This document shows, in pieces, positions 59,634 to 64,000 of a DNA stretch of 64,000 nucleotides. Source of the DNA: Candidatus Cloacimonadales bacterium (GTDB lineage: Bacteria; Cloacimonadota; Cloacimonadia; Cloacimonadales; JAIOQZ01); assembly GCA_963665815.1 (NCBI GenBank), contig OY762463.1:832001-896000 (forward strand), in the 5' to 3' direction. Under the pieces are notes generated by a model. The model saw nothing but the letters and a program-made list of their open reading frames with translations, ran no database searches and had not been told where the DNA came from. The position numbers and the translations under genes were made by a program. Positions within the stretch are counted from its first letter, which is position 1. Each line of letters starts with the position of its first letter.

Positions 59634-60060
59634 CTATATCCTACTCCAGCCCCTTATTCTATCGAACTCTTCAGAACTGATAATGTACGGCTTTTCTCCC
59701 GGCTTACGTACAACTATTATACTATAGCTTCGCTCTTCCCCACACCAGACACCTCCATTGTCTATGTTATACTTCTTTGTGAGTTCCGAATCAAAAGCAT
59801 AATTCCCATTTTTCATAGTATAAACAAAAGATGGACAATACTCCTGATAAATATCGCTTTCATCTATTTGCTGTCTTCACCATCTGACTCCAACTATCTC
59901 CTTAGTTCCATCTCCGTCAAGATCAATATCTTATGCCCTTTTTAACCCCCTCATTCATTATAATTTCCAGTTTATCATCTTTATCAATAGCAATCAGAAA
60001 CATTAGTGAAGTCCCACCATCATAAACATGTTCTTCAAATGAAAAAAGCAATATTATTGA
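59634..60060 (-). pseudogene. Disrupted gene containing a DIDLDGDG Ca-binding-type motif
   Basis: IILLFSFEEHVYDGG...NEGVKKGI, then a frameshift near 59931, then DIDLDGDGTKEIVGVRW, an in-frame TGA, and RQQIDESDIYQEYCPSFVYT running into the 59634..59816 ORF. Confidence 0.6.
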
Positions 60061-60327
60061 AATAAGTTATTTTTTTGTTTGATAAAAAAACTTTGTTTTT
60101 GATTGATTGTTCGCCAGATATCCTTATAATATCTGTGAGCTCTGCATAATTGTAAAATCAAGCAGCTTTGGTTAAAAAGTATTGATGATATTTTAATACA
60201 TAAATAAAAATTCTTGGGAAGCTTGTTCTGAGTCAAAATTTGATGATTTCTAAAATCGAGTCACCTAACCCAATTATGCAAAGGTCCCTATCTGTATCAG
60301 TAATTATTAGAAGCATAGGAAAACAAA

Positions 60328-61785
60328 ATGACTAATAAAGAAAAAGAACTCACTCGAAAAGTTGCTTCTCTTGAAAAGCAATTGGAAGACATAAAAAAAA
60401 GATATCAGGAAGCATTACTTTTTAAGCAGAAAGCAAGTATTCTGGAAGACTCTGCTACAGAAGCTATTGTTGTAATGGATGACAAAATGGATATCATTGA
60501 TGTGAATCAACATTTACTGGATATGCTGGGTTATAAACGTGAAGAAGTAATCGGGAGCAGTGGACTGGCATCAGTAGATCCGGAATATTACGAAACTCTA
60601 AAAAAACGAGGATTATCAGATCATGCAGAACCTCTTGAAGCAAAACTGATAAAAAAAGATAAATCTAGAGTTCCAATTATTATTCAGGGGGATTTCTTTG
60701 ATCTATTCGGCAAGAAAATCAGAATTACAACAATCAGAGATATGTCCAAAATGGCAGATTTGAACGAGAAAATAACTGAAAAAACTCAGCAGTTTGATTC
60801 AATTTTCCTTAATAGCGGTGCAGGAATAGCTTTTATAGATGGTGACAGAATTGTTAGAAAAGTCAATGAAGAAACTTTGCGTATCTTTGGTTGCAATAAT
60901 GCAGATGAAATGGTAGGTAAAAGCATCCAGGAGTTTCATTACTCTGAGAGTAGCTTCAAAGAGATTGGAGAATACTACAAAACTGCTCTTATTGAAAGAA
61001 AACCTGTCAAGGTGGACCTTAAATTTATTAAAAAAGATGGATCTCCAATCTGGATTAATTCCAGCGGAAGAATTGTTGATCAGAATGATCCTCCCGATCT
61101 TTCTAAAGGGGTTGTCTGGGTTTTTGAAGATATAACAGATAGGAAAGAAACTGAACTCAGATTAAAAAAAGCTCATGATGAGCTGGAGTCAATCTTCAGT
61201 AATACGATGGTGGGTATTATCATGCTTCTCGGAGGAAGATACATATACAGAGCAAATAAACAGGTTGCGAAAATTTTTGGCTATGATAATCCAAATTCAA
61301 TGAAAGGCAAGTCTGTTGAACATTTCCATTTATCTCATGAGAACTTCATTGATTTCGGTAAAAAATTCTATTATTCTCTAAGTTACCATAAAGTGCAGGA
61401 AGTCGAATATAAGTTAAAGCGCAAGGACGGTTCTGGAGTTTGGTGTTCCATTTCCGGGCAGGCATTAGATAAATCTATTCCCGCCAACCTGGACAATGGT
61501 GTAGTATGGGTAATCAAAGATATTACTGACAGAAAAACTGTTGAACAGGAAAAAGAAAATCTTATTCACGATCTACAGAAAGCTCTGGCAGAGATCAGAA
61601 CATTGCAGGGCATAGTACCTATCTGTTCGCACTGTAAAAAAATCAGAGATGACAGCGGATACTGGAAAGCTCTCGAATCTTATATTCAGGAACACTCAGA
61701 AGCATCTTTCAGTCATGGGATTTGCCCGGATTGTGCTAAGAAGTACTTCCCTGAATATATTGATGAGAAGGACTACGAAGAATAA
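60328..61785 (+). CDS. Triple-PAS protein with C-terminal Cys/His putative zinc-binding domain
   Basis: Three PAS/PAC repeats; tail PICSHCKKIRDDSGYW...FSHGICPDC; no kinase or cyclase domain. Confidence 0.88.
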   Translation: MTNKEKELTRKVASLEKQLEDIKKRYQEALLFKQKASILEDSATEAIVVMDDKMDIIDVNQHLLDMLGYKREEVIGSSGLASVDPEYYETLKKRGLSDHAEPLEAKLIKKDKSRVPIIIQGDFFDLFGKKIRITTIRDMSKMADLNEKITEKTQQFDSIFLNSGAGIAFIDGDRIVRKVNEETLRIFGCNNADEMVGKSIQEFHYSESSFKEIGEYYKTALIERKPVKVDLKFIKKDGSPIWINSSGRIVDQNDPPDLSKGVVWVFEDITDRKETELRLKKAHDELESIFSNTMVGIIMLLGGRYIYRANKQVAKIFGYDNPNSMKGKSVEHFHLSHENFIDFGKKFYYSLSYHKVQEVEYKLKRKDGSGVWCSISGQALDKSIPANLDNGVVWVIKDITDRKTVEQEKENLIHDLQKALAEIRTLQGIVPICSHCKKIRDDSGYWKALESYIQEHSEASFSHGICPDCAKKYFPEYIDEKDYEE

Positions 61786-61789
61786 GCGA

Positions 61790-62608
61790 CTATAAAAGAC
61801 CTGATTCCAATACAGCATTAGCTATAGCATTTTCCGTTTCCACAAAACTGTATTTATTCTTGAGAATCTCAGGAGCAGAATCAACAACAAAGCTCTTTTC
61901 TGCCCAGTCCAGCATGGCAATATCATTAAAATCATTACCCAATGCAACTGTCTTGTTGTGATCAATCCTGAGAATATCACAAAGATGAGCTGAAGCTGAT
62001 CCTTTATCGACTTCAGGGGGAAATATCTCAATCCACATAGTCTTTCCATCAAGAGGAGAAGTAGCGCGAATAATTGAATATTCCGGTAGAGCTTTTTCGA
62101 TTTTATCAAGCACTTCTTCGTCGTGATCAAGAATCACCAGAAATTGAGTCGAGTTTCTCAGATATGATTTATCCTCTACATGCTCCTCTGCAAATTCAGA
62201 ATAAATTTTTATCCTTCTTCTGAAATCAGCTATATTCTTGTTTGCTACATAATAAAACTTATGATTTTCCGGGATAGGATAATGTATACAGAAATCCAGT
62301 TCCAGAGTTTTCAAGAAGTAGTATATCTCTTTTATCTGAGGTTTAGTAAATGATCTTGAATGCTTGATCTCTTTAGTTTTCCATTTTACAATTCCGGCAC
62401 CGGATGAGAATATCAGATAATCAATAGGAAAATCATCATACAGTACTTTCCTTGCAGAATACAAAGATCTGCCAGTCACAATTGTTCTTAAGAGAATGTT
62501 CTCCTGCCTTCTGAGGAACTCAAGTTCTTTTTCATCAAATCCTTTACCTGAATGTAGAATTGTACCATCAAGATCTGTAAAAAAAGCAGCCTTATGTTTA
62601 TCAATCAT
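61790..62608 (-). CDS. Cof-type HAD phosphatase
   Basis: TDLDGTI, VTGRS, VDKG, LGNDFND; 4-nt overlap with the dinB stop. Confidence 0.9.
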   Translation of the reverse strand: MIDKHKAAFFTDLDGTILHSGKGFDEKELEFLRRQENILLRTIVTGRSLYSARKVLYDDFPIDYLIFSSGAGIVKWKTKEIKHSRSFTKPQIKEIYYFLKTLELDFCIHYPIPENHKFYYVANKNIADFRRRIKIYSEFAEEHVEDKSYLRNSTQFLVILDHDEEVLDKIEKALPEYSIIRATSPLDGKTMWIEIFPPEVDKGSASAHLCDILRIDHNKTVALGNDFNDIAMLDWAEKSFVVDSAPEILKNKYSFVETENAIANAVLESGLL

Positions 62609-63864
62609 TTCTTATCACCTTTCTGTTCTTTAACATAATTCTTCATACCAAAACTGAGAGCTCGATCATTATTCTTCCTGAATGAAAAGCTGTCACCGGT
62701 GCGACTGTCACCAATATTTATAATCTCAGTACCGAATCTTTTCTTCAAATTATCTATTGTTTCTGCAGTCAATTGTTTTTTTACATCATATCGAGGGAAT
62801 ATTTCGAGCTGATCAGGATGTTTCTCATAAGTTAACTTAGTAACACCAACCCCTATAAGCCGGACTTTGTGAGGTTCAAACCGTACGGAGTCAAACAAAT
62901 GAATAATCTCCTCATATAATTCCGTATCAAAAAAAATCTCCCTACCAACTGTATGATGGTATTGGTGTGTCTCAAAATTCTCATTTCTGATTCTCAGCCT
63001 GATCGTTCTTGCTTTTGCTCCGTGTTTTCTCATGCGGAATGATACTTTGTGCACAAGTGCCAGAAGAATCTTTTTCAAGTGGTATCTGTTATCTGTTGGT
63101 TCATATAATGTTGTTTCATTGGATATTGATTTAGGATCATCGGAATCCTCCACAGTATCTACTCTGGAATTATCAATCCCCTTTGCTTTCAGAATAAGAT
63201 CTACTCCACCTTTACCGAATTTATGTTCGAGAATATGCTGAGGGAAACGGCTCAATTCACCAGCGGTATGAATTCCCAGCAGATTTAGTTTTTCTGTTGT
63301 CTTAGGTCCGACACCAAACAAGTCTTTAACAGGCAGGTTTTCCAGAAGTCCGGATACATCTTCCTTTTCAATAACAAAAGTACCATCTGGTTTGGCAAAA
63401 CGACTTGCAAGTTTAGCCAATAGCTTATTGGGAGCTATCCCAACAGAACTTGGTAAATTCAGCAAAGACCGGATTCCTGATCTTATTCCATCACCTATTG
63501 CCTTTTTTGACCCGAAAAGTTTAAGAGAACCTGAAATATCAAGAAACATCTCGTCTACAGAGAATGGCTCCACTATCGGTGTGAACCTATAACAGATTTC
63601 AATAATCCGGGAGGAAGCATAGCAGTATTTCGCATGGTTTCCAGAAACATAATAACCATTCGGACAGCGTTTTCTGGCATCAATTGTAGCCATACCAGAC
63701 CTGATACCGAATTTACGAGCCTCATAAGAACAAGTTGATACAATTCCTTTCTGGGCATGAGAACCGGCAATCAGCACAGGTTTACCCCTTAGACAGGGAT
63801 TATCTCTCTGTTCTATTGATGCAAAAAAAGCATCCATATCAATCAATGCTATAACTCTTTCCAT
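62605..63864 (-). CDS. dinB: DNA polymerase IV (Y family)
   Basis: IDMDAFFASIEQ, SYEARKFG, SVDEMFLD, NKLLAKLAS, GVGPKT, PKSISNETT; clamp-binding-like QLEIF. Confidence 0.95.
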   Translation of the reverse strand: MERVIALIDMDAFFASIEQRDNPCLRGKPVLIAGSHAQKGIVSTCSYEARKFGIRSGMATIDARKRCPNGYYVSGNHAKYCYASSRIIEICYRFTPIVEPFSVDEMFLDISGSLKLFGSKKAIGDGIRSGIRSLLNLPSSVGIAPNKLLAKLASRFAKPDGTFVIEKEDVSGLLENLPVKDLFGVGPKTTEKLNLLGIHTAGELSRFPQHILEHKFGKGGVDLILKAKGIDNSRVDTVEDSDDPKSISNETTLYEPTDNRYHLKKILLALVHKVSFRMRKHGAKARTIRLRIRNENFETHQYHHTVGREIFFDTELYEEIIHLFDSVRFEPHKVRLIGVGVTKLTYEKHPDQLEIFPRYDVKKQLTAETIDNLKKRFGTEIINIGDSRTGDSFSFRKNNDRALSFGMKNYVKEQKGDKK

Positions 63865-64000
63865 ACATCAACAGAATATTGCTGAGAAGAATAGTCAAGT
63901 TATGAATATCAAAAGAAGATAGTATGCTTTAAATTTCAATTTATGATTGACAGATTTATAATCTCATTTGTTTTGATATCTATTATTTTAATATGGATAA

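Noticed and set aside
59877-59879. In-frame TGA as selenocysteine or a recoded stop
   Set aside because: The same frame also has a frameshift, and TGA ends normal genes here (e.g. cheA), so decay is the simpler explanation
163-63770. The many 60-160 aa ORFs overlapping larger genes on the opposite strand or in other frames
   Set aside because: They are shadows of well-supported genes, with no RBS or recognisable motifs
63865-64000. LexA/SOS box or imuA-like gene upstream of dinB
   Set aside because: No recognisable palindrome or ORF in the available sequence
1-64000. CRISPR arrays, tRNA/rRNA genes, transposases, integrases, prophage genes
   Set aside because: No regularly spaced repeats, RNA gene signatures or mobile-element proteins were seen by eye

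Overview
AT-rich bacterial chromosomal window with no rRNA, tRNA, CRISPR array or mobile element that I can see. Ten complete secreted proteins end in the same T9SS/Por-type (FlgD-Ig-like) sorting domain (NYPNPFNPxTxI...IYNIKGQKVxTL...WNGxD...SSGVYFY...KMxLxK). That style suggests an FCB-group organism, most likely Cloacimonadota (inference). Their cargoes include FG-GAP propellers, PKD/VWA, lamin-tail domains, a double metallopeptidase and a subtilase. The window also has a four-gene PAS-kinase/HDOD/HD phosphorelay, a chemosensory cluster (cheA-cheR-cheD'-cheD-HDOD-cheY-cheX-cheB, with no cheW or MCP), tandem cytoplasmic TPR kinases, a small sugar-nucleotide/glycosyltransferase operon, dinB and housekeeping enzymes. 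The standout is 49452-50073: two tandem acyl-carrier-protein homologues that carry Sec signal peptides and lack the phosphopantetheine serine (Ser36 to Trp or Asn). They lie head-to-head with a periplasmic-TPR sensor kinase and a sigma54 activator, which is followed by a sigma54 promoter in front of a secreted protein. All calls are by eye; no searches were run.
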